Positions 37,001-37,195 of a stretch of DNA of 37,195 nucleotides are shown here, piece by piece. The notes beneath the pieces are model-generated. The model had not been told where the DNA came from and did not search any database. It saw nothing but the letters and a program-made list of their open reading frames with translations. The number at the start of each line of letters is the position of its first letter. The stretch's first letter is position 1. A program made the position numbers and the translations under genes. Source of the DNA: Chrysochromulina tobinii (taxonomy: Eukaryota); assembly GCA_001275005.1 (NCBI GenBank), contig JWZX01003113.1:1-37195 (forward strand). Reading direction: 5' to 3'.

Positions 37001-37195
37001 ACCGCAGCCAACGCCGTTGAAGGGGTCGGTGCTCGATGCCAGGCACTGCGCATCGAAGTAGCACGGCTGGCCGGCACACACAAGGGAGGCCAAGGTGCCG
37101 CACGGGTCGGGCGGTGGCGGCGAGGGCGACGGTGGTGGCGGCGACGGTGGTGGCGGCGACGGCGACGGTGGTGGTGGCGAGGGCGAGGGCGGCGG
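34004..37195 (-). CDS. Single-pass receptor-like TKL Ser/Thr kinase, 5'-truncated at the window edge
   Basis: Frame is open to the window end (SPPPP repeats). Cys-rich module, Ser/Thr-rich stalk, TM (LTVLIAVGAGSLLGGIAAILLVI). Kinase motifs GEGTFG, AVK, HRDLKPGN, DFG, GTPPYMAPE, DVWSFG. Confidence 0.92.
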   Translation of the reverse strand, partial: PPPSPSPPPPSPSPPPPSPPPPSPSPPPPDPCGTLASLVCAGQPCYFDAQCLASSTDPFNGVGCGAGGYTSCRACYVDAYNSILAECPEQPSPPPSPQSPPSPAAPGSITTTTYQVAISFVAAEPIETFTSAVRNNISTSVADAAGVDPGNVTVAASAASTRIDIIITTPSASASTTIEENMAATMFSDASAASSVLGLTVTSAPTITSRTVLTIIPPAMSAGLSVPDAGNSTMLTVLIAVGAGSLLGGIAAILLVIRCRRSRAKSVGRAGNTHRAFGRSRAQVGSGASTSSRTADERGAATHGIALGEEFDLVKAARPVRQADAAARPARDLEAEATIDFVKKDKPVAPAFASAAFASATFDEHNPSKNNLLSSMPSDLTPRGAAKAVALNQMIIQATKSSKIEPIPWKDLELLEKLGEGTFGTVHACSFNATPCAVKQLREDRESSAALLADMLQEHDTMMGLRHPNVVLMLGIATDNVQRVGIVLELLEISLSEFLHQSSGYAEHRTWRASLLSIASDVAKGVAYLHFNNLLHRDLKPGNVLLSDSWVAKVADFGSSAKGKPGSAAEGEGIHGTPPYMAPEVARGEAHSAALDVWSFGCLIVHMATLRPPYYGLKCKTAMDIVRVVQRGDVSPVQVLLDDTDRREYKCPPSILALAKQCCQSDPKQRPDMPAIAGAIASPVVQKSILKGARDMRPLVRLQRGVARAPVAVDSRGTYDASHGTYDASKSSLGGSLALSPRADATPSPRVSSSSKFRRLSKQNPSAAGLSWNGSAAAFVSTYDATFDGAASTSTCDANKASTSTFDANKASTSTYDANKASTSTFDANKASTSTFDANKASTSTFDGSSPTLTQTMDMTLSIDLALNLPRSSKTPCVTQHPEAKLTRSLSEKAGLKAKMSMRAKRIEDDEGDLTGTFDVTTGSLSEPRSKTSRAPAGLLPLRASAKGTEGDEGSEASPRLDSARSVTSRGSCNTPLGRQLVRRSDSFARDLSLDMQATFERPGRMTLRRAGCDSARLSSVPSPRAGGDDVFTSTYDASKDVASSSTFDSSRTFDGNSPTFHL
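34654..34825 (-). repeat. Coding 30-bp tandem repeat (ASTST[F/Y/C]DANK) x about 5.7 in the kinase tail
   Basis: Unit gcgtcaaaggtgctggtcgaagccttgttg repeated with few substitutions. Confidence 0.9.

Overview
Gene-dense, GC-rich eukaryotic nuclear DNA with about 16 protein-coding genes, short intergenic spacers and few introns, one of them GC-AG. The style is consistent with a haptophyte alga (Chrysochromulina/Prymnesiales-like); this is an inference, not a demonstrated assignment. Genes in order: sulfotransferase-like (-), small membrane protein (+), HRD1/AMFR-type RING-H2/CUE E3 ligase (-), WD40-like protein (+), OSCA/TMEM63 channel (-), S10 serine carboxypeptidase (-), ZnF-dsRBD-OPR-RAP RNA-binding protein (+), hypothetical protein (-), kinesin-3 with C-terminal CaaX (-), tandem DUF4864-like protein broken by one TAA (+), PIG-L (+), GPI-specific phospholipase D (+), Ldh_2 oxidoreductase (+), Pro-rich/WD40-like protein with a frameshift (+), LRR protein (+) and a 5'-truncated receptor-like TKL kinase (-). 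The main observations are: an unusual zinc finger + dsRBD + OPR/RAP architecture; an adjacent PIG-L/GPI-PLD pair in which two catalytic His of the PLD are replaced by Glu; a 75-nt intron flanked by 7-nt direct repeats (introner-like); a ~46-aa helical repeat array and prenylation motif in the kinesin; and a TTCACA motif recurring upstream of start codons. I recognised no rRNA, tRNA, CRISPR array or autonomous transposon.
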